From: Neoechinorhynchus agilis
Taxonomy: Eukaryota; Animalia; Acanthocephala
Reading direction: 5' to 3'
DNA: 64,000 nucleotides
Assembly (NCBI GenBank): GCA_051530055.1
Contig: CM121343.1
Span: 3,690,389-3,754,388 of the forward strand
Translations under genes and position numbers: made by a program
Part shown: one piece after another, positions 23,341-35,900 of the stretch
Layout: the number at the start of each line of letters is the position of its first letter
How positions within the stretch are numbered: the first letter of the stretch is position 1
Notes under the pieces: model-generated
The model's input: the letters and a program-made list of their open reading frames with translations, nothing else
What the model was told of the DNA's origin: nothing
Databases searched by the model: none

Positions 23341-23498
23341 CTCAATTATAACGTTCGTTGAGAAAGTTGGTTTAAAACGCCGCCTTCGAATTGAAAGACA
23401 GTACTCGCGCCGCAAACGTTGGCTCAAACCTTAAAGCGCGTTTCTCGCCGTTCCATATCTTTGATGAATTCGCGATTTCTTTCCGTATTATTGCAGAT

Positions 23499-25179
23499 AT
23501 GGAAGAGGAATACGATTACATTGTCCTTGGCACCGGTCTAAAGGTAGATATTCAATTTAAATAGGATATTTCTAATTTATTCAGGAGTGCGTGTTAGCCG
23601 GTTTGCTTGGGATCGCAGGGAACAAAATTCTTCACCTTGATCGAAACAAGTACTACGGAGCAGCCACAACTTCATTTTCGCCATTATCAAGCGTTAGTGT
23701 TGTTGTTGTTGTTTGAGAGGGCGAGAATATCATTTCACGATTTAGCTCTTTGAACACTTTAACGAGAAATTGACTAATGGCGAGGCATACGGTCGCCCTC
23801 GTGATTGGAACGTCGACAATATTCCCAAGTTTTTGATGGCGGATGGAATGCTCGTAAAGATTCTCGTCCACACGAACGTTACCCGCTACGTTGAATTCAA
23901 AGTTGTCGACGGAAGCTACGTTTTCCGCAATAAGTGTAATAAAGCTTTTTAGCTTCAAAGTGTTCATAAAAATCCAATTTTCTTAGGTATCTACAAAGTT
24001 CCGGTGACTGGAAGTGAAGGGATGCGTACTGGTTTGGTTGGGTTTTTCGAGAAACTTCGGTACAAAGATTTCTTGGTCTGGGTATCAAACTATGATGCCA
24101 AAAATCCTGATACCTATCAAGGGATACCGCCTCATGCACCAATGAAGGATGCATATAAGAAGTTTAACCTTGACCCGGGCACTCAGGAGTTCACTGGTCA
24201 CTCACTCGCGCTTTACTTGAACGACGAGTAAGTCTTTTTCGTTAAAAACCTTAAGATTCATCGGCAACCTCGCCAAGTTACTTGGAAGCACCTACGCTAG
24301 AAACCATTGAACGTATCCATTTGTACGTGAGTTCACTTATGCGACATGGCGGTTCACCTTATCTGTATCCGGTATATGGATTAGGAGAGCTTCCTCAAGG
24401 ATTCGCAAGGTAGAATACAAAAACTACGAAGTAATCAATTTCATTGTCTTTTTGTTAAGATTGAGTGCTATATACGGCGGAACTTACATGCTTGATAAAC
24501 GAGTCGATGAAATAGTGTACGAAAATGGACGAGTGATCGGTGTGCGATCGGGCGACGAAGTGGCACGATGCACGAAGGGGATTATCTGTGATCCAACTTA
24601 CGCCAAAAGTGATCAGATTCGAAAAACAGGAAAAGTCGTAAGGGCTATATGTCTACTCGATCATCCAATCAAAGACACTCAAAATTCTTTATCATGTCAG
24701 ATAATAATGCCCCGTGGTCAGTTGAACCGTCAAAACGGTAGGTGAATCATTTATTTATATAAAACCTCAATAATCGGTTTCAGACATCTATATCGCATCC
24801 GTTTCATATTCCCATGCAGTGTGCGCCAAACCTTGGTTCCTGGCAATCGTTAGCACAATCGTGGAGACGGATCGTCCGCACGATGAATTAAGACCTGGAA
24901 TACAGTTACTTGAACCAGTCAATAAGTGTTTTTATAGCGTTTGTGATCTTTATGAACCCGTAGATGATGGTACACTCAATAAGGTTAGTGCGGGTGCTTA
25001 TATACCATTCGATCTTAATTTTGAAATAGTTATTCATATCAAAATCCTATGATGCAACGAGCCACTTTGAAACGACCTGTATCGATATCATGAACATGTA
25101 CAAACGCATCGCAGGCGAAGATTTGGACTTGAGCAAGAAACCGGCTCATTGTACAAACATTGATGATGAATACTCGTAA
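23499..25179 (+). CDS. GDI: Rab GDP-dissociation inhibitor, multi-exon
   Basis: [70 protein letters not shown] and [11 protein letters not shown], joined by short GT-AG introns. Stop TAA at 25177-25179. Confidence 0.95.
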
Positions 25180-25779
25180 AAGTGATCATAATACTTGGTT
25201 TAGCAAATTGTTTTTCTTCATTCAAAATATTTCCGCTCTAAAGTCCGAACGCTCATACAGGCCACATTACGACATATCCAACTTTTTCACCAACTAATCA
25301 ATGCTTCTAAGAATTTCAAACAACAAACTCACCAAACGTGACTTTAAAATCATAAATAATCAAACTCAGGCAAAACCTAAGGAATTTTCTTATACTAATG
25401 AATCGTGTTTCGTTGTTGCCAGTTCTTTTTTCATAAACCATTCTTCAGGAATTTTGACCAAAAGGCTAATAAAGCTCCAAATTTATTAGCGAAACATCAT
25501 CGAATTCGTATGCTAAAATAGATGTCCAAGAAGCGCTAATCTTCGCGACCATCCCTTGAACGAACTTCTGTCGTCTTTCTCTACTTATGAAAACATTTGT
25601 TCAACGAGGAAAACCACGTAGCGAATAACACCGACGATTAGCAAATCACGAATTTGACGTATTAATCCCTTTCAGAGGTGTGAAGTACCATTGAGGGGAG
25701 AGCGATGCCCCTTCTTCGTGGACGGTGGTGATTGTTGAAACGTTTTGTTGTTGTGTTTGTAAATGAAAGAGTTGCTTTC

Positions 25780-26035
25780 AAACGGGATGCCACCTCAAAA
25801 GCGGGAGCAGTCGCGAGCCTCAGCGAGGAAAAGAAGCGGTAGAAGTACTCCTCGCTCGATTCATCCCGATTGCGGTGGAAACACTGGGATGCCTCGGAAA
25901 AGAAGCCGATTATTTCCTTTCTCGACTGGGAAAGATGCCACCGGCGATATGCGCTCCAGCAGCTTCCTGTTGCAGCGAATCAGCGCGGCGATCCAACGCG
26001 GCCATCAAGGAAGCTGCCGAACAATCATAACCTAT
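25780..26035 (+). mobile_element. Decayed 3' fragment of a further CRE-type RLE retrotransposon subfamily
   Basis: Across frameshifts and a stop it reads AGAVASLSEEKKR*KY, FIPIAVETLGCLGKEADYFLSRLGK and ATGDMRSSSFLLQRISAAIQRG, the same motif order as the other CRE copies. Confidence 0.75.
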
Positions 26036-26814
26036 GGGTAATGCGGATTTGATATGACTGCGAAATAAAATTTCGAGAATATTAATAAAAAAATTGAAAT
26101 TTTTTACTAAATAGTCAAATTTTAGAGACTCAATTAGAAAAATACTTATTAAATTGCTTTAATTTTTTCCAACGAACCTGGCTAATATTTGAAAAGCTCC
26201 TAATTTGGTTTGTCAGTAAGAATATCAATTAATAAAATTATGATTTTTTCTACTAAATAATCAAGTTTTCGTATTAAATTGCTTTTATCTTTTTCCGACA
26301 AACTTGGCTAATATTTGAAAAGCTTCTAATTTGGTTTGTGAGTGAGAAAACTAATAAACTTATTATTTTTACCAAGAACAAGACTCAATTTAGGTTTAAC
26401 AACTTTAAAACCTACAAAAAATAGTTAATCGCAAAACAAAACGACTCCATGTTCCCCATTTTAGTCCATCCAAAAGTTCAACTAATTGCCATTTGACTCT
26501 TTTAAACAAACGGAACTTTTCCTTGTAGAATATGATTCAATCGCTGTTCAATGGCATGGATAAAGCATTGCCTTACTCACATAGCGCTATGAAATGATGG
26601 GTTTCCACTTTATCATTGCAATGACTCTTGAAAAAGGTGTTCGTCGCTTCGGATGAATGTTCGAACGACGAAATTCACAAGCATTTCCTCTCGTGATTTT
26701 GGAGATGATTCCAAATGAACGAAAAAGTTTCCGGCGGAAGTCGTCCCGAGCAAGAAACTTTGTCCTTCGCAAACGCATTCTTTCCGCACCTTTTTATCAC
26801 TGCCACACTAAGCA

Positions 26815-27368
26815 AATGATTGACGATATTTAATCGGCAGATTTTAATTTGCGTAAATTGTCGTTGTGATTTGAAAGACTTTGTAATCTACTTTAAAGAA
26901 TCAACTGGTGGGCTTGGGAACCTTTAGGGATAGATATTAATAAAAATAAAATCCATAATCGAATGATTGACGATATTTAATCGGCAGATTTTAATTTGCG
27001 TAAATTGTCGTTGTGATTTGAAAGACTTTGTAATCTACTTTAAAGAATCAACTGGTGGGCTTGGGAACCTTTAGGGATAGATATTAATAAAAATAAAATC
27101 CATAATCGAATGATTGACGATATTTAATCGGCAGATTTTAATTTGCGTAAATTGTCGTTGTGATTTGAAAGACTTTGTAATCTACTTTAAAGAATCAACT
27201 GGTGGGCTTGGGAACCTTTAGGGGTAGATATTAATAAAAATAAAATCCATAATCGAATGATTGACGATATTTAATCGGCAGATTTTAATTTGCGTAAATT
27301 GTCGTTGTGATTTGAAAGACTTTGTAATCTACTTTAAAGAATCAACTGGTGGGCTTGGGAACCTTTAG
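26815..27368. repeat. Tandem array, 147-bp unit, ~3.7 near-identical copies
   Basis: TGACGATATTTAATCGGCAG starts at 26821, 26968, 27115 and 27262. Confidence 0.97.
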
Positions 27369-27851
27369 GATCGGCCTTTTTATAGAGAAGCAATTCTAAA
27401 TTTTATTGTTGGAAATATTAATCAATGTTGAATCATTCTCAGGTACGATCTCGTCTTCGCGTTTATCAAGGCTTTCTGCGACTAAATCAGTGAAAATTCA
27501 CTCAAATCTTTTAAAAATGCGCAACTTTGTTTTTGATTACTTGCTTTTTCTAAGCATTTTTAACGATATTTTTCGGAATTCAATGTATTTATGTTTTGAC
27601 TGCAAAGAAAATATTTTGTTTGGTGTTGAGGAAATAAAGATTAATTCCCTTTGTGACAATATTTCGTCCGTCTCGTTGGACTTCTTTAGGTCTTTATTTT
27701 CGCGGCGGTGGTGGTTAAATTGAGCGACCCCGGCGCGTTCCAACTTGATTTGCATCGAACATAATTTTCAAATTGTGTGATGTAGATAATTTCTTAATTG
27801 TGTTTGGGAGCAACAATTCATTTCGGTAAACCGCGGCTGATTTACTACTAG

Positions 27852-28554
27852 ATGTCAACTGAAAAGTCGATTCATGATGTAAAAATTTTATTGCTCGGCG
27901 ACAGTGGGGTTGGAAAGTCATGTTTGGTTACTCGATATGTTGAAGGTGAGTTTATGGCTGATGGGCGGCCAACTATAGGGATTGATCTTAAGACTAAATC
28001 GTTAGAATTAAGCAGTGATCATCAACCGGATCGGTACACGTTTTTCATGTAAAGTGTGGTTGTTGATTTCTGGTATAATGGACAAATCGATTCGAATGTG
28101 TGTATGGGATACGGCCGGTCAAGAAAGGTTCCGGACATTGACTCCAAATTATTACCGGAATGCTCTTGGTGCAATTTTGGTTTACGATGTTTGTCACTCA
28201 AATAGTCTTGATGGACTTCGAAGTTGGCTTACCGAACTCGCAATGCACACGTCTACGGGATCAGAGGAATCACAATTACCGATTAAAATGTTAGTTGGCA
28301 ACAAAATCGATTTGGAAAATGAAAGACAGATAACCAGAGAGCAAGGCGAACAGTTCGCACAACGGCATCAAATGATGTTCATGGAAACAAGTGCCAAATC
28401 TAGCCACAATGTGGAACAAGCGTTCGAAGAGTTAACACTGAAAATACTTCAAAGCCCTGAATTTTCACAGGAATGTGAACAGTCTAATGCGGTCGACGTT
28501 AAACGCAAGACTGAAAATGGAAATTACGATTATGCGAATATTTGCGGTTGTTAA
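27852..28554 (+). CDS. RAB18: Rab18-like GTPase, 2 exons
   Basis: KILLLGDSGVGKSCL, PTIGID, WDTAGQERFRTLTPNYYR, MLVGNKID, FMETSAK and C-terminal CGC. The intron lies near 28015-28073, with ambiguous boundaries. Confidence 0.85.
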
Positions 28555-28954
28555 GCGCATTCTGTTCTGAAGTACACAACTGTTTTAACAATCGAGAACT
28601 GCTACTTTATTTCGATTTGATGGGCGGAAATATTTTTTTCTCAGATCAATTGTTCTCACCTATTTTTGGATCTTTAAACTTTGTCTATAAACGGATTTAC
28701 ACCACCGAATGTATTCTTGTGAAACGCGAATAGTCTTTATGAATGTATTGGTTTCATTAAATACAACGATTCTTCCCATAAAACATTTCCGGTCCACTTA
28801 ATTTTGAATGAATACGTTGAGTACCTAGCTTACAATTATCAAATACAAGTATTCCAAAGCAGTGCACAATATCGAGTGGTTTTCAACAAGGATTCTGTAT
28901 TATGTTGCCAGTATAGATATTTTATTGAGATATTTCCGGAGCATTTCGACAACG

Positions 28955-29770
28955 AATCAATCTTCATTTCTCGACAATTAACACACTCACCACCTCCCGC
29001 CGAATTCCAGCTTTTGTCCTTCTTCGACCGTCGCCATCACGCTGGCAGCATTGCCCCGTTGTACTGCTAGCGAGATATTTTGTCGAAGGAATACGCCTGC
29101 TCTTGAGTCTCCGGTTGCCTCTCTCAATTTCTTCGAGAGATCCTGGAGCAGAGAGAGTGTCGAGCTGCCGGGCGCTCCATACGTCTCTACCCCAAAGGGG
29201 ACAAAATAGTGAGCCCTCGATAAGTGAAGATATTTCCGTATTTTCCTCCCTTCCGCTGCACTGGCGGCACCACCGGCGATTTCGAGGGAGTAGGGGATGT
29301 TGCTGGCTGCGAGGGTATCCATACACGTGGCGTCCCAGAGAAGGCATTTGCCCTCCCGCCACGGGAAGACCGAAATTCCATCGGGCCTACGGCCGTCTAG
29401 TCTACAGAGGTGGGCGGGTTCCAGGATGTTCGGGAAGTTCGCCGTTCTCAACGCCCGAGAAATTGCGTTATTGATTTCAGAATGGCGTGAGAACCTTCCT
29501 GCTGACCTTCTGCAGACGAGACCGTGTCGCCCGAAAGCATCAACCAAAGACCCACATCGACAGCGATGGGGCGTGCATATCGGGAGACCAAGTCTTAAGG
29601 ATACTGCGATCCTCGTTACCTCGTCAGTAAGAAGAGTTCCCACTGATGCCAGAGGAGCAGCCTTCAACCACGCCCCAGATTCTCGTGTTGAAACTGTCAA
29701 CAGTCTAGCTCGGACGACCCCCATCGCGAGAACCGGAAAGTAGAGAGCTGTAAGCTCTCGCGACAAGAGG
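28955..29770 (-). mobile_element. 5'-truncated CRE-type non-LTR retrotransposon (zinc knuckle + RLE endonuclease, open frame)
   Basis: ORF 28987..29766 contains CRCGSLVDAFGRHGLVCRRSAGRFSRH (CCHC knuckle), RRPDG, LLWDATC.DT, AE.RK.RKY and FVPFGVETYG (PD-(D/E)xK restriction-like endonuclease). Confidence 0.88.
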
Positions 29771-29979
29771 TCCGTAGAATTCTAAAATGCAGTCACGTTT
29801 TATTAATTTTTGTGACCTTTGGATCCTCATAAACACACAGATATTCTGCTTTTTTCGTTTGTCCGTTCGATTGGGAATTTCCGATCCGCTATGTCCGTTC
29901 TGGTGGGAATCTCAGGTCTTGTTATGCCCGTTCTGGCGGGAATTGGTGGATATTGTTTGTTGGAGCGCTTTTAAGGATG

Positions 29980-30460
29980 GAATACCCGAAAGGATTGGGC
30001 AGCATGGAAAAAGGAGCGTAAGTACAGGGAGGTGTGAGGTCGAGGGAAAATGAAACGAATTAGAATTACGAGTGTTGTGTTCGCGTGAAAAGGGAGCGAA
30101 ATGTGGTAGAAATTGTGTTTCAAGGGTTGTTAGGCGTTTTGTTTTAACAAAATAGTATCAAGGCATTCGGCGAGAGAGGGAAATCAGCTGTGCAAATTTT
30201 AGATGCTCCTTTATGAAACATTTCAAGACGATAGGTTTGAGATTTGGAAAGGTTGCAAAATACGGGGTAACCGTAGGTGAGGGATGGTAAGATAAAGCTA
30301 AAGTAAAATTCGTAGAGATTGGGTGAAGGGATTCCTAAATGCCGGAAGCGTGCGAGGAGATAAATTTTAAAGGTGTTGTGCTTGAGGAAGAGAGTGATTT
30401 TTCAACCCAGAATTCTTAGGGAGGTTACTCGTAGGATGTCATTTGGAAGCTCACGGGATG
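29980..30460 (-). mobile_element. 3' fragment of an L2/CR1-group LINE ORF2
   Basis: Minus strand reads DILRVTSLRILG, then KIYLLARFRHLGIPSPNLYEFYFSFILPSLTYGYPVFCNLSKSQTYRLE, HNTRNS and RSFFHAA. This is the typical post-RT tail of L2/CR1-group elements, here with stops and frameshifts. Confidence 0.7.
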
Positions 30461-30473
30461 ATGTGGGGTAGCG

Positions 30474-30535
30474 GGATCGCTGGCGACAATTGAGGACGAG
30501 GACGGCGAATAATTATGTTTATATCTTCAAAATAA
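30474..30535 (+). mobile_element. Very short 3' stub of the CRE subfamily found at 47856-48450
   Basis: GGCGACAATTGAGGACGAGGACGGC (30482-30506) matches the reverse complement of 47911-47935 at 24/25 nt. Encodes ATIEDEDGE*, followed by AATAAA. Confidence 0.6.
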
Positions 30536-30726
30536 AACCTATGATAGTAGAGTTTGTCATTGGTGTAGAAATCTTTTATGTGTGTGATTTATTTTGAGGT
30601 TAAGGCGAGGTAGAGGTGGAGTGGTGCTTGAGTGATGAGGGTGAGATCGTCGGCAATGGCTATATTGATGAAGAAAATTCGAGAGGCAGAAGGGACCGCT
30701 TTTTAGGTCGCAGGTGCTTGCAGTAC

Positions 30727-30820
30727 AACGATGCGAAAAGGTGGATGAACACGAAGAGGTGGACGGATACAAACAGGTGGATGGACACGAGCAGGTGGAC
30801 GGATACAAACCGGTAGATGA
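30727..30820. repeat. 18-bp minisatellite, ~5 copies, alternating variants
   Basis: AGGTGGATGAACACGAAG / AGGTGGACGGATACAAAC / AGGTGGATGGACACGAGC / AGGTGGACGGATACAAAC. Confidence 0.8.
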
Positions 30821-30859
30821 ATATGTTAAAAAATGAACGAAGCAATAGCGTTGCTTGTT

Positions 30860-31400
30860 TGCTGGGTCACAGAGTTCGTATCCGTTACTATTGATGACAC
30901 ACACCCAAAGGAGACGGAAGGGAAGAGGCCGCCTCCTCGGGAAGGATCCATACAAAACTCATAACCGCGTCGAATGGTTCAGCAGGATACTAAGTGTGAT
31001 TTTATGCGTTTCCCTGACCAGTGAATCGATGGGAGGAACATTATCAGCCTTGAGAAAGGCCACAAATAAAACACTGAACAAAAGTTACCTGCTTGCCAAA
31101 ATTCAAAAATAGGAAAAAAATTCAATTGGCCCAATCAAAAGTGGCAAAGTTTGTACACGTGGTCAAGTGGATTAAAGCTCCTGATCGCAGTTTGTTGGGC
31201 CAAAGGGTTCGTATCCAAAGGAGACGGAAGGGAAGAGGCCGCCTCCTCGGGAAGGATCCATACAAAACTCATAACCGCGTCGAATGGTTCAGCGGGATAC
31301 TAAGTGTGATTTTAATCGTTTCCCTGACCAGTGAATCGATGGGAGGAACATTATCAGCCTTGAGAAAGGCCACAAATAAAACACTGAGTAAAAGTTACTG
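30860..31400. repeat. Dispersed ~330-bp repeat family, copy 1 (partial tandem dimer)
   Basis: GGAAGGGAAGAGGCCGCCTCCTCGGGAAG..CATACAAAACTCATAACCGCGTCGAATGGTTCAG..GAAAGGCCACAAATAAAACACTGA occurs twice here and twice at 61160-61775. Confidence 0.92.
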
Positions 31401-32973
31401 GCAAAGGAGCGTACAACGGTTCTGTAGCAGATCAACTCGCTTATTCATATTTTAGTTGGAGATCAAAAGAGGGTGATTTATATTTGGATGGTTCCATGTT
31501 AAACTGTATAAAGGGTATGAATGAAAAAAGTTTGAACTTTCCGAAACTGGCGATGTTAGGTTCCAGATAGGGCATAAAAGTAGATTACGGTTCGACTTTT
31601 GTATTCAGTTAATTTTTTTTAGAATACGTATCTAAACGGGTGGCAGGTATATTGATTAGATCATTTGATTAAGACGAATGAAAGTGAAGAATTCTTTTTG
31701 GATGTCATGTTTGCGTAAGATATGCAACGACGATTCGTTCGATTAGTGCTTCTAAGCGTGCTTGGTCTTCTCGTTGGTGGCATTAGGCGCTGCTGCTGCT
31801 TGTGGTGTACGTGTTTACCAATCAGTTATTATCGAGACGTGCGTGGAACGCGACGAAACGGGCGGGGAACAAGGTTGTTAGCATCCGAGGGAGAAGAGCA
31901 GCATTGATTTAAATTTTAAGCCATCAACTGGTGTTCCATTATTGTAGCTGACGCTACCGATATAGACTCTGTGGATTATATCAACGCAATGCTGCTGCTG
32001 CTACATATCGAGACTCAGTTTTTTCCGCCGCTGCTGCTGCTGCTGGCATGCGACATTGTGGTACGTATAGCGCCGATTCTCTTCTCTTGCAATAGATCGT
32101 CGCTTCATGCAAAAGAGATGTATTAGTCGAAGAGAGCGATTTTTAAAGCTCTCAAACCTTGTCGTTCAATCCACTACTTTGAACACCTAAAATACTCGGC
32201 CCCGCATAAAAAGAATACTCAGTTTGTGTTGTACTAGGAACATTCGTGTCTCATTGATTCAACAAAGATGACGGGTTCAACGCTTATTTTGTCCGTTATG
32301 GGCTTTCGAACCGTTGATCCGTATCTGGAAGTCGGTGGTAGTACGTGACCGTTCCCCCCCCGTCGATCGCATGCTAGTCAGCATTTCTCAAAGATAGCGA
32401 CATTGTGTCGTCATGTAAGACTTGGGCTTATTTTGCCCGTCAGCAGTTAGCCGCCTCCTCCTCATCATCTAGCAAAAGTGTACATAGCAACTTCGATACC
32501 ACCCCAACCACGACTGACCGTTTGTTAGGCTGTCTCATATCACTGGGAGAACTTCTTGACTCCACAGACTCGAAAATGGTCTCCTCCCTTAAATTTTTGC
32601 CGTGGTCACTTCGGTGTCTCTGAACGTCCTTTGCTCTTGTGGTTTTTAAAACTGAATTTTTCCAGTTTAACTTCGAATCGAGAACGTTTAACGAGGGGTT
32701 TGAGGTCTTTTTAATACTCTTAGAGTCTCAGAATAACCCACGATGCTCGCTTGGCGTCGGATCGATAATTTGTTATCGCATTCGTCTATATAATGTCAAT
32801 GCCAAATCGTCTGTATTTTTGCGATTCCTCGTCTCCATCGTTCATTTATCGCCCTCTAGCTCATATTTGTTTCTTATCTTTGATTTAGATACACACGCCA
32901 ATGGTCAAGATCATCTAATATTCTCACTGAAAGGTTTTCTGTATACAAACGGCAAAAAAATCAATTATCCCTT

Positions 32974-35900
32974 ATGAAAGAAGGTTTTACGTCAAGAAGT
33001 TCCCTGTCCAACTGTACAAGCTGCTCTGATATCCTTAATGAGAATTCCACGCTTAATATTAAGCAAACTTACGATGAATTTGGAACTCGTTCTGCAATCA
33101 TTTTCAATCATGTGATTGGTCAGCAACGAATCTTTGGGTCAAAATCCAGCACCAAGAATATCGGTTGTACGAATCGGCGACACTACTCGGTCACTAGTGA
33201 ACAAAGTAGTGCTCTAATGCCAAAACGGGATACGAATTATTCGCATCATTGCCGGACGTCTCGAATTGTAGATTATGTCGTTCTGATTGGACTGGACTGG
33301 GATGTTAACGGTTCTAAAGTAGTGGGACGCATTCATCAACGTTTTCCCAGTGTTGATTGGCCCGATGTTCCATTTAATGATGCCCTCGTGAACTTCTGCC
33401 AACCAACACGCTGTAAAAGAGCTGACGTGCGGCGCAATGATATCGGTGAAGTCGCATCCCCATCGTTCAAGAGCTTTGTACTGACGGACGTGGATGGACG
33501 CCGGCAATATTGTAGCTGTATGACCTTTCTTTGCCATTCTGAGCCGTATGATCGTGATATAAGAAGGCAAACCGAGAAATGTTTGGTTGTTGTGTCAAGG
33601 TTCGATTTTATTGAAGTGCACCGGCAAATATTAATTCGAATAATGGACAGTGTTCAGCGCAATCACGCTAATGAATCGTGTACAAATAATGGTAGTAATA
33701 ACAGTGAGGGAGGACGCGGGACTTGGAGTCCGGATGGCATGAACCCATCGAATGGATCCATCACTTCCTCTGAGAAGACAATAGGTGCTATTTTACAGAG
33801 CTATGAGATATCCCAGTCGGTATTGGACACTCCGAGTACTGGATCAAGCGTGTATTTGTTTGTAACAACGGCAGGTATATATCCGGCTATGATGGCTGTG
33901 AATGCCGCATTGACGGAACAAAAGGTTGTCTGTATCTCTCGAAGCGTCAGTCAACTTTATCACGCATGTAGAGCAATTCGAGCTCTTCTTCATCCATTCA
34001 AATACAACCACGTTTATGTGCCATTACTCACTGAAGATATGTTAGACATTCTCGATGCTCCTACACCGTATATTGTCGGAGTTAGGACCTGCCATTATGC
34101 ATATCTTATGAACAAGCTTAACTGTAGCGACTCGTTATCTAGTCAGCCGACCGTGAGTGTCGTTCTAGATTTGGACATTGCAAAACTTCAATTTTTTCCG
34201 GCCAATACAGTTTTATTGAGGCCATGCAAATCTATGAGACGTACGTTAGTAAAGGACTTATTGCAGATACTAAAACCTCGTTTGTTCCATTCACACTGTG
34301 AACAAAGCTCTCGCAGCAGACGAGAGTGTAGATGTCATCGGTTATCTGAAAATGCTAAGGTTGCTCAATTCAGCGCAATCGGGGAACCTGATCCACTTGC
34401 ACTTGGTTCTAAATCGATTCCCGATTGTTGTATACAACGAATGGATAAATCTATAAGAGCTTCTTTTTTGCGTTCTATGGTTACGATGATGGCAGGATAT
34501 AAATCATGTCTTGTTGTAGGGCAAGCCCTTTTGAATTTATCCTGCATTCAAAAAGTTTTGTCGAAATTAGAATTAAACCGAAATTGGCTATCACATTTCA
34601 TAATGCGAGATTCGCGACGACCAGAAAATGCCTGCGTGGTACCAGTTCTGTTTGCTGTCTAAAGTTCGTCACACGACTGATTGAATCAATCGGCTTTCAT
34701 CGATTTATTGAAGAAAAGGGTTGTTTAAAAGGTTCAAGGGATATATTTGATTTAGCGTATGAAGATGACCTTTCGGTTGAAGAAATAAGAGATCGTTTGT
34801 TGGAATTAGAAGTTGATACCTGTGATGAACTGCATTTTAGCGCGTATCATAGAACTCATTCAATGGGACTTGAGCGTCCGCTTTCATCCTTTCCTTATCT
34901 TGATGCGAATGCAGTATCTCGCGCAATTCAAGCCACGCACCGTACATTAGTGATCAAACCTTCTGATAATGAAACTTTAAAGCATTATCAGTTGTTTAAG
35001 GACAAGACCACTTTGTCGGTTCCGATGGGCAATGACTGGCTAGAACAGCAACGCATTTCAATTGTAAGAGAATGTGCTAGTTCCATGCTGCGGTCAGGCG
35101 ACGATGTTGTCTGGGCCCATGTTCAATCAGCTGTAGATGCTCTTAAAGAAGACACGGTAAATCTTAGACATGTAGCTCGCTTGGAGCTTTGCGATAAACT
35201 TGAAGATGCCGTTAAGTTCAACAGCGTTGGTTTAGACGCCTATCAGTTCACTGCCATTCTGTTGCGCGTTCTGAAACTGTGCAATCACTTTGAGAACGCC
35301 TAACTTAGAGACTTGTTTCAGGCTTCCTTATTTCATGGAAACGAAAATCAATCGACCAGTGAGTTTTATCAGTTTTTCGACCATGAAATTGCTGTCCGCA
35401 TACTCCGTCTCTCCATGCGATTCTACCTTCGGCAATATCAACCGGACGGAGGGCGGCAACGATTTATTTATGACTATATGCAATCATGTAAGATTTGGGA
35501 TGATTTGAAGTTCTGGGAACTTGCATTTTTTTCAGATCTACAAGCACAATTGGTAGAACTCTATAGTTCAACAGAAGACAACGATGGTCTCGCGTGTGCT
35601 ACGGTCGACACAAATAAACTAAAGGCAATCGATGTTACAAAATTGGCGTTCAGATTAGTGAGTCGAAATGCACATAAAGATTATTCGGAAGTTGAAGAAC
35701 TGACTATTTTAAGCCTCGCTTTACATTACATTCATCAAATCGGACAGGTTCGTCTAAATCACGGAATGACTCAGAACGATCATGATTTACTCTTAAAGTT
35801 TATTCGGCGGTTTATTGAACGCGTCTGTGATGAAACTCTTGTTACCGAATCGTGTCAATCACAATTGATAGAGAAAATGCAGCAAAATTTTCAGGTCTTG

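Noticed and set aside
26100-26345. Two degenerate ~130-bp AT-rich direct repeats
   Set aside because: The duplication is real but old, with no structure or further copies seen in the window.
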